Of a stretch of 27,189 nucleotides of DNA, positions 1-8,322 are shown piece by piece. Both the position numbers and the translations under genes were made by a program. How positions within the stretch are numbered: the stretch's first letter is position 1; the number at the start of each line of letters is the position of its first letter. Below the pieces are notes generated by a model. That model searched no databases, was not told the DNA's origin, and worked only from the letters and a program-made list of their open reading frames with translations. Origin of the DNA: a virus (Duplodnaviria; Caudoviricetes); the IMG/VR virus record IMGVR_UViG_3300046786_000068, positions 1 to 27,189 of that record; one strand, 5' to 3'.

Positions 1-8
1 TGCACGTT

Positions 9-293
9 ATGACCACATTGATTGAAGCAGCACGACAGGCACTAGAGGCGTTGGAAACTTGTATGTATCCACAACAAAAACAAATTCAAGCCCTCACATC
101 CCTACGCCAAGCAATAGAGCAGGCTGAGAAGCAGGAGCCGTGGGTATGGATGCCAGCCCCGATCAAAACCCAATGGGGACACGATATGGTCGTGGCTGAC
201 CTTGCAATCGACAAAGACCACACTGTGTCCGTTTATTGTGAGAGAGATCAAACCGAGAAGGTTGAAGCAATGTTCAGGGGGACGAACACGTGA
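9..293 (+). CDS. Hypothetical phage protein
   Basis: 94-aa ORF whose stop overlaps the next start (GTGA); helical N-terminus (ARQALEALE...LRQAIEQAEKQEP). Confidence 0.7.
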   Translation: MTTLIEAARQALEALETCMYPQQKQIQALTSLRQAIEQAEKQEPWVWMPAPIKTQWGHDMVVADLAIDKDHTVSVYCERDQTEKVEAMFRGTNT

Positions 294-625
294 CCACAAA
301 ACTACACAAAGAAGCCGTTGCCGCAGTCGAGGCATGGTGCAAAAAGAGAAAGTGGAAGCTGATTAGCAAGCCGCGCCACGTTCACCCGCAAGCGTATGTG
401 GTGGGGTATGCCGCACCCAAATGCCTTATCGTTTCCCAATGCTGGGCTGACAGTGAGCCGCAAATGAAGGAATGGGATAAGAAATATCCGCTGGAAACCG
501 TGCATGAGTTTGATGAGGCCTTGCGTGCTGGAGATTGGTGCGTTGTGGCATACGTCTGTACAAATTCTTTTCAGCAACAAGTTGCTATACCACTCGCCAC
601 CAAACTCAAGGAGAAGAACACATGA
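290..625 (+). CDS. Hypothetical phage protein
   Basis: GTG start after a G-rich SD; coupled to neighbours on both sides. Confidence 0.75.
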   Translation: MTTKLHKEAVAAVEAWCKKRKWKLISKPRHVHPQAYVVGYAAPKCLIVSQCWADSEPQMKEWDKKYPLETVHEFDEALRAGDWCVVAYVCTNSFQQQVAIPLATKLKEKNT

Positions 626-795
626 ACATTCTGGAAATGATTGCTGAATTACGGGGCGGCATTCCTGAGCGCTGTGATTTTTGCAGTAAACCATTCACAG
701 AACAGAACTACCCAACACCAGAAGAAGGTGGTGAATGGGCTTGTATTGAGTGCGTGACGCGATGGGATAAGCAAGAAAAGGAGACGAACACATGA
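622..795 (+). CDS. Small putative Zn-finger protein (CDFC...CIEC)
   Basis: ATG at 622 follows AAGGAG and overlaps the upstream TGA, so it is preferred to the track start at 535; two CxxC pairs. Confidence 0.7.
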   Translation: MNILEMIAELRGGIPERCDFCSKPFTEQNYPTPEEGGEWACIECVTRWDKQEKETNT

Positions 796-1046
796 GACAC
801 GGAATCGACTACAAGAAAGTTCACTGCAAGGTTGGCGATAAGGTTCCGGTCTACCCGTTCTCTTGGCTTGGTGAGCCTTTTGTGGGTGTTGTTGAGAAGG
901 TCAAGATGAATCAATTTGGAAGGGTAAGCTACGTCATTGGTCACAGAGAAGTGTTTGCCGAAGAATTATTGCCTGCGGTTGGTCAGCCAAAGTTAAAAAT
1001 GAGAATCTCAAATGAGTGCTCACAAAATCCTATCCAACAAGGCTGA
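792..1046 (+). CDS. Hypothetical protein (possible SH3-like small beta barrel)
   Basis: AAGGAG SD and ATGA overlap; KVGDKV...GVVEKV pattern. Confidence 0.7.
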   Translation: MRHGIDYKKVHCKVGDKVPVYPFSWLGEPFVGVVEKVKMNQFGRVSYVIGHREVFAEELLPAVGQPKLKMRISNECSQNPIQQG

Positions 1047-1470
1047 AAGACGCCTGCAATGGTGGAAGCCAGAGGACGGTGCTTGGATTGATATTGTGTC
1101 GCTAATTAACGCTTTTCCTGACATTTCAAGAAATATCTGGTTGGCATCTTTGATTGGGTCTAAGGTCGGTTGGGAGCAAAGCCAAGTTAAGAGATTGCCT
1201 CTTGAGGGCAGAAAATACCGAACCCGCACAGTGGTTTTGGTAAGAAGTCTCAGGGATTGGTTGCATCACTACAACCCAGGCAAAGAGGCAACCGTTAACA
1301 AACTGGTGGATGATCTCTTGACCGACTCAATGAGTTACCAGACCTACCTTAAGGATCTGAGAACTCAGACCAGACTAAAGAGTGGTGTTAAGCGAGAGAA
1401 AAAAGAAAAAGAGAAAACAGAGAAAATCGGAAAGATAACAAGCCGAGAGGTCTTTAACGTATGGGGTTGA
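1012..1470 (+). CDS. Hypothetical basic protein, possibly DNA binding
   Basis: 152-aa ORF in operon, Lys-rich C-terminus; no family recognised. Confidence 0.7.
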   Translation: MSAHKILSNKAERRLQWWKPEDGAWIDIVSLINAFPDISRNIWLASLIGSKVGWEQSQVKRLPLEGRKYRTRTVVLVRSLRDWLHHYNPGKEATVNKLVDDLLTDSMSYQTYLKDLRTQTRLKSGVKREKKEKEKTEKIGKITSREVFNVWG

Positions 1471-1790
1471 TGTTTCCAAAAACTGAGTACATAAGAAGCC
1501 AAAAACTCTTGAAGGCTGTGGCATCGTTAAGGTGTATGCACTGCGGAACCAGCGAAGGCGTCCAGGCAAGTCACTCAAACTGGGCAGAACATGGAAAAGG
1601 GCGTTCCCTGAAGGCAAGCGACATTTACACTGCCGCACTCTGTCTGAGGTGTCACTTTGAAATAGATCAGGGCAGAGACTTAACAAAAGACCAAAGGAAA
1701 GAAATGTGGGTTAACGCACATAAAAAGACCGTAGAGACTCTGGTTTTAAATCGGGAATGGCCCTCTAGTATTCCCGTACCAAAGGTGTAA
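1470..1790 (+). CDS. DUF968/DUF1364-like Zn-binding HNH-type putative nuclease (nin-region type)
   Basis: CMHCG...ASHSN...GKG...KASD...AALCLRCHFEID motif set; ATG at 1470 overlaps the upstream TGA (track start 1461). Confidence 0.8.
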   Translation: MFPKTEYIRSQKLLKAVASLRCMHCGTSEGVQASHSNWAEHGKGRSLKASDIYTAALCLRCHFEIDQGRDLTKDQRKEMWVNAHKKTVETLVLNREWPSSIPVPKV

Positions 1791-1793
1791 AAT
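1788..1793 (+). promoter_or_regulatory. Candidate -10 box (TAAAAT) of a late promoter
   Basis: Lies 7 nt before the structured leader at 1801; no good -35 (CTAGTA at 17 bp), so it may need an activator. Confidence 0.4.
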
Positions 1794-1800
1794 CGACATG

Positions 1801-1870
1801 ACTGGGACGCCCGAGTTCTCCTCTCACGCAGTTGCCTTCCCCAGTTGGGGGATGCGTCCCCCTTCTTTTT
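1801..1870 (+). ncRNA. Candidate ~70-nt structured leader or small RNA
   Basis: ACTGGG(1801-1806)/CCCAGT(1840-1845) stem, then a terminator; alternative pairing 1804-1810 with 1854-1860. Confidence 0.45.
1847..1870 (+). terminator. Intrinsic terminator
   Basis: GGGGGA-TGCG-TCCCCC hairpin followed by TTCTTTTT. Confidence 0.8.
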
Positions 1871-1881
1871 GAAAGGTTTAT

Positions 1882-2304
1882 ATGGCTGGCTTACTCGCTC
1901 CCGCAGAGGAGATTGTGATTGAAATCCAAGAGGCTGAGAAACCAGTCATCGAAGGATTGACCAAAGAATCCAACGAGAAAATCCGTGACACTCTGATGGA
2001 AACTCAGATGCTTGGTCCGGAGAACACTCAGGAAGCAAACACAGAATATTGGCGTGGTTTGGCGAATGTCTGGCGTATCTCTCCAGATCAAGCAAAACGC
2101 CGTTTGTGCGCGAATTGTGAGTATTTTGATGACGCTCCTGAGACTTTGGAAGCGATGGAAGTTGTCCCGCAAGACGAGTTTGATAAGGACGGTGGTGGTC
2201 GGGGTTACTGCCACAAATATACCTTCATATGTCACTCCCTTCGAGTCTGTCGCCAATGGGAAAAAGCTCCCGTAATGAAAGAGGATGAAAATGAATCTGA
2301 GTAA
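1882..2304 (+). CDS. Acidic Cys-rich protein, putative Zn or Fe-S (HiPIP-like spacing); MAGLL N-terminus
   Basis: SD AAAGG; CANCEYF...GYCHKY..ICH..RVCRQW. Confidence 0.8.
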   Translation: MAGLLAPAEEIVIEIQEAEKPVIEGLTKESNEKIRDTLMETQMLGPENTQEANTEYWRGLANVWRISPDQAKRRLCANCEYFDDAPETLEAMEVVPQDEFDKDGGGRGYCHKYTFICHSLRVCRQWEKAPVMKEDENESE

Positions 2305-2437
2305 ACCTCAAAAAGAAAAAATGGAAAAAATCGTTAAAGGCATGAAAAAATCCATGCCTGAAATGAAAAAATCATACGGAAAAGACGCTAAATCAGTGAT
2401 GTACGCAACAGCAACTAAGTTAGCAAAGAAAAAGTGA
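2291..2437 (+). CDS. 48-aa Lys/Met-rich basic protein (absent from the ORF track)
   Basis: Hand translation MNLSKPQKEKMEKIVKGMKKSMPEMKKSYGKDAKSVMYATATKLAKKK; SD GAGG at 2281; TGA overlaps the GTG at 2434. Confidence 0.8.
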   Translation: MNLSKPQKEKMEKIVKGMKKSMPEMKKSYGKDAKSVMYATATKLAKKK

Positions 2438-3051
2438 TTCCAAAAAAACTGCACTTTGTTTGGATCGGTGACGAGTCCAAGCGCCCTGATAAATGTATCG
2501 GGACATGGAGAGAGTTGAACCCAGACTATGAGATAAAAATCTGGGGCAATGAAGAACTAAAACAACCTTGGTTCAACGCCAAGCACATGCAGTCGATGTT
2601 AGCCCACGAACTCTGTGGGGTCGCTGACATGATGAGATATGAAATCCTCTATAACGAGGGTGGGATTACGTTAGACGCTGATTCTGTCTGTCTCAGTCCA
2701 TTAGAGGATTGGTTACTCAAACCCGCAGCATTTGCCCATTGGGAACAGGAAATCATGCGTCCTGGGTTGATTAACGTGTCGGTCATGGGATCGGAAAAAG
2801 GAAACCCGTTCTTTGGAGAGTGTATTAACCGACTCCAAAAGAAAGCCTCAGTGATTGACAAACGAGCCTGGGAGACAACCGGACCTGCTCACATCACGGA
2901 GGTTTTCAGGGAAACGGGCTATGACTTAACTGTTTATCCATCACATTACTTTACAAAACATCACTTCTCAGGAAAGATTTACAAAGGCAATGGACACTGT
3001 TTCGCAACACAATTCTGGGGGTCAACCCGTGGATATGACGGAATTGATTGA
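2434..3051 (+). CDS. Glycosyltransferase, GT32/OCH1-like (DXD sugar-binding region)
   Basis: IPKKLHFVWIG, W..LNPDY...W, ADMMRYEILY.EGGITLDAD, and TGP motifs. Confidence 0.92.
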   Translation: MIPKKLHFVWIGDESKRPDKCIGTWRELNPDYEIKIWGNEELKQPWFNAKHMQSMLAHELCGVADMMRYEILYNEGGITLDADSVCLSPLEDWLLKPAAFAHWEQEIMRPGLINVSVMGSEKGNPFFGECINRLQKKASVIDKRAWETTGPAHITEVFRETGYDLTVYPSHYFTKHHFSGKIYKGNGHCFATQFWGSTRGYDGID

Positions 3052-3652
3052 ACTCAGGGATGGGTGGTGGTGGCCGAAACACGATAAAGAGGCTTGGAAG
3101 TGGATTCCGAGGGAGATTCAAGCCCTTCCAGAACTGCTTAAATGGGTTCCAGAGCGCGGAACGATCATCCAGGCAGGGGCTAACTGCGGGGTGTGGATTA
3201 AAGCGTACGCAAGCCTTTTTAACAAGGTTTATACGTTCGAGCCAAACGACCTGAATTGGGAATGTTTACTGAGAAACGTAAACGAGCCTAACGTCAGCAT
3301 GACGAAAGCCGGACTGAGCGACAGGATGGGTTACTGTAAGTCGGTGGACGGAGAAGCTGAGAACTGGGGTGCGATGCAGATCGAGGAATCTGAATCTGGT
3401 ATCCCGATGGTGACGATTGACTCACTTAACATTGACTGCGACCTCATCCAATTAGACGTTGAGGGATTTGAGGAAAACGCTTTAAAGGGTGCTTTTCACA
3501 CAATCCAGAGATGTAAACCTGTCATCATCATCGAGCAAAAGGGACTCGGAAAAAACGGCATGACAGACGCTGAAATTGCTATAATGATCCAAGACTGGGG
3601 TTATTATTTCGCTGAAAGAGTGATCTCAGATAACGTTTTTATCCCGAGGTGA
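3035..3652 (+). CDS. FkbM-family SAM-dependent methyltransferase
   Basis: IQAGANCG, VYTFEP, TIDSL, LIQLDVEGFE..ALKGA..TI....PVIIIE motifs; start at 3035 or 2990. Confidence 0.92.
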   Translation: MTELIELRDGWWWPKHDKEAWKWIPREIQALPELLKWVPERGTIIQAGANCGVWIKAYASLFNKVYTFEPNDLNWECLLRNVNEPNVSMTKAGLSDRMGYCKSVDGEAENWGAMQIEESESGIPMVTIDSLNIDCDLIQLDVEGFEENALKGAFHTIQRCKPVIIIEQKGLGKNGMTDAEIAIMIQDWGYYFAERVISDNVFIPR

Positions 3653-3906
3653 GCATGATAAAACGAGGCTCAGAGGAGTTTTCAGGGTACAACAAACCCA
3701 AAAGGACTCCGAATCACCCAACGAAAAGCCATGCTGTTTTAGCCAAGTCTGGTGACGAGGTTAAATTGATCCGTTTCGGACAGCAGGGGGTCAAGGGTAG
3801 CCCAGACGGGACGAAGCGTAACGAAGCGTTTAAAGCTCGTCATGCCGAGAATATTGCCAAGGGCAAGATGAGTGCGGCTTGGTGGGCGTCAAAAGTTAAG
3901 TGGTGA
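3649..3906 (+). CDS. Small basic phage protein of unknown function
   Basis: KLIRFGQQG...FKARH...SAAWWA..VKW pattern resembling small proteins near phage head genes; GTGA coupling. Confidence 0.8.
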   Translation: MSMIKRGSEEFSGYNKPKRTPNHPTKSHAVLAKSGDEVKLIRFGQQGVKGSPDGTKRNEAFKARHAENIAKGKMSAAWWASKVKW

Positions 3907-3910
3907 GATC

Positions 3911-4546
3911 ATGGCTGGACTGCTAAGTGAAATCTTCAGTGCTGGAAACGTAGCAAAACGCAAGCTGACTGATTTGCTTGGCAATCCATTGGAAAGCGCG
4001 CAGCAGATTCTTGGCAACATGAATGATCGCGCCAGGGTTCTTAATGAGATGACTTCTGCTGCCGCAAGAGAGGGTGTGGCTTATGGTCCTGCCTCTCAGC
4101 AGTTGGGTGGATTGCTTTCTGAGGCATACAGCCCTGTTGGAATGGTAAAACAATTTGATTTCCAGAAAAGTATTCGTGATGCCTCTGAGATATTTGGAGA
4201 GGGATCAAAAAGGATTAAATACACAGAGCCTAATAGCGGTGGATTTATTGAAGTTTTGCAAAAACAAGATGGTTCTGCCTCTGTTTTAGGTCTTGAAGTT
4301 CCTGAAGCATTTAGAGGAAAAGGAATTGGGGAAAGTTTGCAGTCAAAAGTCTTGAATGACTTTTCTGAAATGCAAGGACAAGTATCTTCAAAGGCGGCTG
4401 CAAAAACTGCTTATCGTTTAGGACGTAGACCTCCTGGACAACCAGACGCAACATTAGATGATGTATATAAGTTAATGGACGAGAACTCATCTGTTAATCT
4501 TGTTTCTCCTGAAATGCAAAAAAGATTTGTAAGTCTGCTAGAATAA
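3911..4546 (+). CDS. Modular protein: MAGLL helical N-region plus C-terminal GNAT-like domain
   Basis: LEVPEAFRGKGIGESL matches the acetyl-CoA-binding motif A (R/QxxGxG); ATG 3911 directly follows the upstream stop. Confidence 0.75.
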   Translation: MAGLLSEIFSAGNVAKRKLTDLLGNPLESAQQILGNMNDRARVLNEMTSAAAREGVAYGPASQQLGGLLSEAYSPVGMVKQFDFQKSIRDASEIFGEGSKRIKYTEPNSGGFIEVLQKQDGSASVLGLEVPEAFRGKGIGESLQSKVLNDFSEMQGQVSSKAAAKTAYRLGRRPPGQPDATLDDVYKLMDENSSVNLVSPEMQKRFVSLLE

Positions 4547-4589
4547 ATTAACTTAACCACGCCAACGAGCCGTAAGGAATTGGTAAGAA

Positions 4590-4901
4590 ATGAATAAAGT
4601 AGAAGGCGGAAATCCCGCAAACTTAACTAACCGAGGTCGAGGAAGACCAAAGGGTTCTCAGAACAAGTCTTCTGGAATGGTTAGGGACGCTATTGCTGCT
4701 TTTGCAGATGGAAACGCTCACAAACTTCAGCAGTGGCTAGACGATGTAGCTGCTGGAGTGGGTGGGAACAGACCAGACCCAGGTAAGGCTGCTGATCTTT
4801 ATCTCAGGGCTATTGAGTATCACATTCCCAAGTTGGCGCGTACAGAGCACATTGGCGACTCTGATAAACCCATTGAACTGAAAGTTTCATGGGCGAAATA
4901 A
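4590..4901 (+). CDS. Probable terminase small subunit
   Basis: Immediately upstream of and overlapping TerL; GRGRPKGSQNK basic motif; PKLARTE C-terminal pattern. Confidence 0.75.
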   Translation: MNKVEGGNPANLTNRGRGRPKGSQNKSSGMVRDAIAAFADGNAHKLQQWLDDVAAGVGGNRPDPGKAADLYLRAIEYHIPKLARTEHIGDSDKPIELKVSWAK

Positions 4902-6145
4902 TCATCCCGTATACGCCCAGAGAACAGCAAGAGCAGATTCACGACCTAATTGACAACAAGCGATTCACGGTCGTGGTTGCTCATCGCAGGATGGGCAAAA
5001 CTGTTTCTGCGATAAACCACATCATCAAGGATGCGGTCTTAAATCAAAAAGAGGCTCCCAGATACGCCTATATCGCTCCTACTTATGGACAAGCCAAACG
5101 AGTTGCATGGGACTATCTCGTAAAGTATTCTGCTCCACTTGGAGGAACCCAAAACATCTCTGAGTTGAGAGTAGATTTTTGGGGAAGAAGAATCCAACTT
5201 TACGGATCAGACAATCCAGAGGCTTTGCGTGGTCAATACTTTGATGGCGTGATTCTTGATGAGATTGGCGACCAAAACCCAAAGATTTGGACTGACATTA
5301 TCCGTCCCTCATTAGCTGACCGTTTGGGTTGGTGTCTTTTCATTGGAACTCCGAAAGGGCACAACCACTTTAAAGACCTGCGAGACAGGGCTGAAACAGA
5401 GGATGGATGGGGTTTGCTTGAGTTCAAAGCAAGCCAGACAGGTGTGATCGCTCAGACTGAATTAGACGCTGCCAAGTCCGAAATGGGTGAGGACAAGTAT
5501 CTTCAGGAGTTTGAGTGCTCATTTAACGCTGCCGTAGAAGGTTCTTACTATGGTCAGATACTTAACGACCTGGAAGCAAAGAACCACATTCAGGAAATCC
5601 CAAGGGATGATCTTTGCCGAACAATCACGGCATGGGACTTGGGAATGGGTGACTCTACGGCTATCTGGGTAGCTCAAATTGCAGGTCCAGAGGTTCGCTT
5701 ACTTGATTATTATGAAAACAACGGTGTCGGACTGGATAAGTACGTTACTTGGCTAAGAGATAACGGTTGGGCATCAGCAGAGCATATCTTGCCTCATGAC
5801 GTCCAGGTAAGGGAGTTGGGTTCTGGCAGAAGCCGATTAGAGGTTTTGCAGGAAGCAGGACTAAACATAAAGATTGCTCAGAAAATGAGCGTTGATGATG
5901 GTATTCAAGCCGTGAGAAGGTTACTTCCGAGATGTTGGTTTAACGTGCCTTCTGTTAAGGTTGGGCTTGATTGCTTGAGAAATTATCGCCGTGAGTATGA
6001 CGAAAAAAGAAAAGTGTTCTATGACCGACCTTTACACGATTGGTCAAGTCATGGGTCTGACGCTTTCCGCTACCTTGCTATCGGGCTTGATGAAAGCTCA
6101 AAGTGGGGTTCTTCTATTAACAAACCTCCGAAATGGATCGTCTGA
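4889..6145 (+). CDS. terL: Terminase large subunit
   Basis: Walker A VAHRRMGKT, YIAPT, Walker B GVILDE, IGTPKG, nuclease AWDLG and SHGSDAFRY motifs. Confidence 0.97.
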   Translation: MGEIIIPYTPREQQEQIHDLIDNKRFTVVVAHRRMGKTVSAINHIIKDAVLNQKEAPRYAYIAPTYGQAKRVAWDYLVKYSAPLGGTQNISELRVDFWGRRIQLYGSDNPEALRGQYFDGVILDEIGDQNPKIWTDIIRPSLADRLGWCLFIGTPKGHNHFKDLRDRAETEDGWGLLEFKASQTGVIAQTELDAAKSEMGEDKYLQEFECSFNAAVEGSYYGQILNDLEAKNHIQEIPRDDLCRTITAWDLGMGDSTAIWVAQIAGPEVRLLDYYENNGVGLDKYVTWLRDNGWASAEHILPHDVQVRELGSGRSRLEVLQEAGLNIKIAQKMSVDDGIQAVRRLLPRCWFNVPSVKVGLDCLRNYRREYDEKRKVFYDRPLHDWSSHGSDAFRYLAIGLDESSKWGSSINKPPKWIV

Positions 6146-6315
6146 TGTATTTACTTAAACAAGGGGACATGGTTCCCTCCAAGCGTGTTGACGCACTCGA
6201 ACAACGCATTGAAATGCTTGAAAATATGGTAAAGGCATTACAATCGGAACAAAAGCCCAAGATGGGCAGGCCACCGAAAGGCACAAATGAGCCAAGAACT
6301 GAAAGCGATAATTGA
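6145..6315 (+). CDS. Small coiled-coil protein with AT-hook-like GRPPK
   Basis: TGATG coupling to TerL; heptad pattern then KPKMGRPPK. Confidence 0.65.
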   Translation: MYLLKQGDMVPSKRVDALEQRIEMLENMVKALQSEQKPKMGRPPKGTNEPRTESDN

Positions 6316-8320
6316 ATCCGAGATTGACAACGCTCTTGGATACTTAGAAACCGAAACAACGATCCAGCGCGAGGATGCTCTAAGGGCTTACCTCCGTCAG
6401 CCTTATGGAAATGAGGTGGAAGGCAAGAGCCAGATCGTTACCGGCGAGGTCGCTGAAGCCATTGATGGTGCTCTGCCATCTCTTGTTCGCATTTTCACAG
6501 GCTCTGATGAGGTCGTAAGGTTTGACCCTCGCGGTCCTCAAGACGAACAAGCTGCCAAACAAGCTACTGATTACTGTAACTGGGTTCTTCAACGTGACAA
6601 CGATGGAACCTTGATTCTTCACGACTGGTTTAAAGACGCTCTCCTACAAAAGGTCGGAGTGGTTAAAGCGTATTGGGACGAGTCTGAGGATATTACGCGA
6701 GAGAAATATCAGAATCTCACAGAAGACGAATTGGCTATGCTGATGGCTGATGAGTCAATGGAGATTGTTGAACAGGATACCCAGACTTTCCCGATTGTTG
6801 GACCTGATGGACTTCAACCCATCGGACCGGATGGGATGCCTGCGACCTATTCAATCTACGCTGTTACCGTACAGAAGAAATCCAAGACAGGCAAGGTTGT
6901 TGTCGAGAACATTCCTCCCGAGGAATTCTTGATCTCCAAGCGAGCAAAGAACATTCAAGACTCTCCGTTTGTCGCACATCGCCGATTGATGACTCGCTCT
7001 GACTTGGTGGCGATGGGGTTCTCTAAGAAGATCGTAGAGGGTCTGCCTGCGTCTGATTCTCTGACATACACACCGGAGCGACTGGCTCGATTTGACAACG
7101 GTGAGATTCCTGATGACATGGCGTCATTGGATACCTGGATGCAGACTGTTGAGGTTTTTGAGTGCTATATCCGCAAGGGTACGAAGCGAGGCATTGCCCA
7201 ACTCAAACAAGTTTTCTACGCCGGAAACGAGATTCTGAGCGAAGAAGACAGCGACTATATCCCGTTCCATTCTCTGTGCCCGATTCCGATTCCGCACAAG
7301 TTCTTTGGTAACTCTCTCGCGGATAGGACTGTTGACCTTCAGCTCATCAAGACAACGATCACCCGTCAGATGCTGGACAATATGTATCTGACCAACAACA
7401 ACCGAGTGGTTGCAGTGGATGGTCAGGTCAATCTTGATGATCTCTTGACGTCTACCGCAGGTGGCGTGATTCGAGTCAAGTCTCCTGGCGCTGTACAACA
7501 GTTGGCAATTCAGAACATGGCTGCTGGCTCGTTTCCGATGTTGCAATATCTGGATCAAGTCCAACAGAAACGCACCGGAGTGACTGACGCCTCTCAAGGT
7601 CTTGACCCTTCTATCCTTCAGAACGTGACTGCCGCTGCGGTTGCCTCGATGCAACAATCTGCCGCAGGTAAGATTGAGATGATCGCTCGAATCTTTGCAG
7701 AAACGGGCGTTAAATCGCTTTTCAAGGGAATCCTGCATCTACTATGCAAGTACCAAGATAAACCCCGTGTGATTCGTTTACGGGGAAATTATGTGTCGTT
7801 TGATCCTCGGGAATGGTCGAATCAGTACGATGTAGACATTAACGTGGGACTCGGAGCCGGAAACCGCCAAGAACAAATGGCAATGTTGTCGATGGTTCTC
7901 CAGAAACAAGAGCAGATGCTGGCGCAGTACGGTCTGAACAATCCTCTGGTGAGTTTGGGTCAGTACCGGAACACTCTTGGTCGGATGGTGGAAGCCGCAG
8001 GGTTTAAGGATTCTGCCGAGTTCTATAAACCGATCACTCCAGAGATTGAACAACAGATTGCCCAACCGCAACAACCTCAAGTTGATCCGGTGGCGCAGGC
8101 TGCGATGGCAAAGGCTCAAGCTGACATTCAAGTCCAGCAAGCAAAGGCACAAGCAGACATTCAGTTGGCAAGGGAAAAGGCTGCGGCTGACCTACAACTT
8201 CAACAACAGAAGTTCATGGCTGAGATGGAGATGAAACGTCAGGAATTCGAGGCTGAAGCGCAACTCAAAGCAATGAAAGTTGGCGCAGGCATTACCTCCA
8301 ACATTGAAATCCCAGGCTAA
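6287..8320 (+). CDS. Portal protein (P22-like, Q/A-rich C-terminal helical barrel)
   Basis: 677 aa after TerL; KDALLQKVGVVK, IPPEEF, PHKFFG.S motifs; long coiled-coil tail. Confidence 0.93.
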   Translation: MSQELKAIIESEIDNALGYLETETTIQREDALRAYLRQPYGNEVEGKSQIVTGEVAEAIDGALPSLVRIFTGSDEVVRFDPRGPQDEQAAKQATDYCNWVLQRDNDGTLILHDWFKDALLQKVGVVKAYWDESEDITREKYQNLTEDELAMLMADESMEIVEQDTQTFPIVGPDGLQPIGPDGMPATYSIYAVTVQKKSKTGKVVVENIPPEEFLISKRAKNIQDSPFVAHRRLMTRSDLVAMGFSKKIVEGLPASDSLTYTPERLARFDNGEIPDDMASLDTWMQTVEVFECYIRKGTKRGIAQLKQVFYAGNEILSEEDSDYIPFHSLCPIPIPHKFFGNSLADRTVDLQLIKTTITRQMLDNMYLTNNNRVVAVDGQVNLDDLLTSTAGGVIRVKSPGAVQQLAIQNMAAGSFPMLQYLDQVQQKRTGVTDASQGLDPSILQNVTAAAVASMQQSAAGKIEMIARIFAETGVKSLFKGILHLLCKYQDKPRVIRLRGNYVSFDPREWSNQYDVDINVGLGAGNRQEQMAMLSMVLQKQEQMLAQYGLNNPLVSLGQYRNTLGRMVEAAGFKDSAEFYKPITPEIEQQIAQPQQPQVDPVAQAAMAKAQADIQVQQAKAQADIQLAREKAAADLQLQQQKFMAEMEMKRQEFEAEAQLKAMKVGAGITSNIEIPG

Positions 8321-8322
8321 TC

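Larger units (their letters stand above)
276..795 (+). repeat. Three copies of an 18-bp gene-junction repeat (276-293, 608-625, 778-795)
   Basis: AGGGGGACGAACACGTGA / AAGGAGAAGAACACATGA / AAGGAGACGAACACATGA; each holds an SD plus overlapping start and stop. Confidence 0.9.

Noticed and set aside
535-621. Track upstream starts at 535, 2990, 3872, 6133, 23987 and 25045
   Set aside because: Downstream ATGs with an SD or stop-start coupling fit better and avoid long overlaps.
1801-1870. Possible tRNA in the ~70-nt structured intergenic region
   Set aside because: No cloverleaf, T-loop GTTCRA or acceptor stem; it ends in a terminator.
7124-8152. Minus-strand ORFs (204 aa and 124 aa) inside the portal gene, and similar ones at 11082-11582, 19476-19970 and elsewhere
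   Set aside because: They lie wholly within well-supported + strand genes and translate as mirror sequence.
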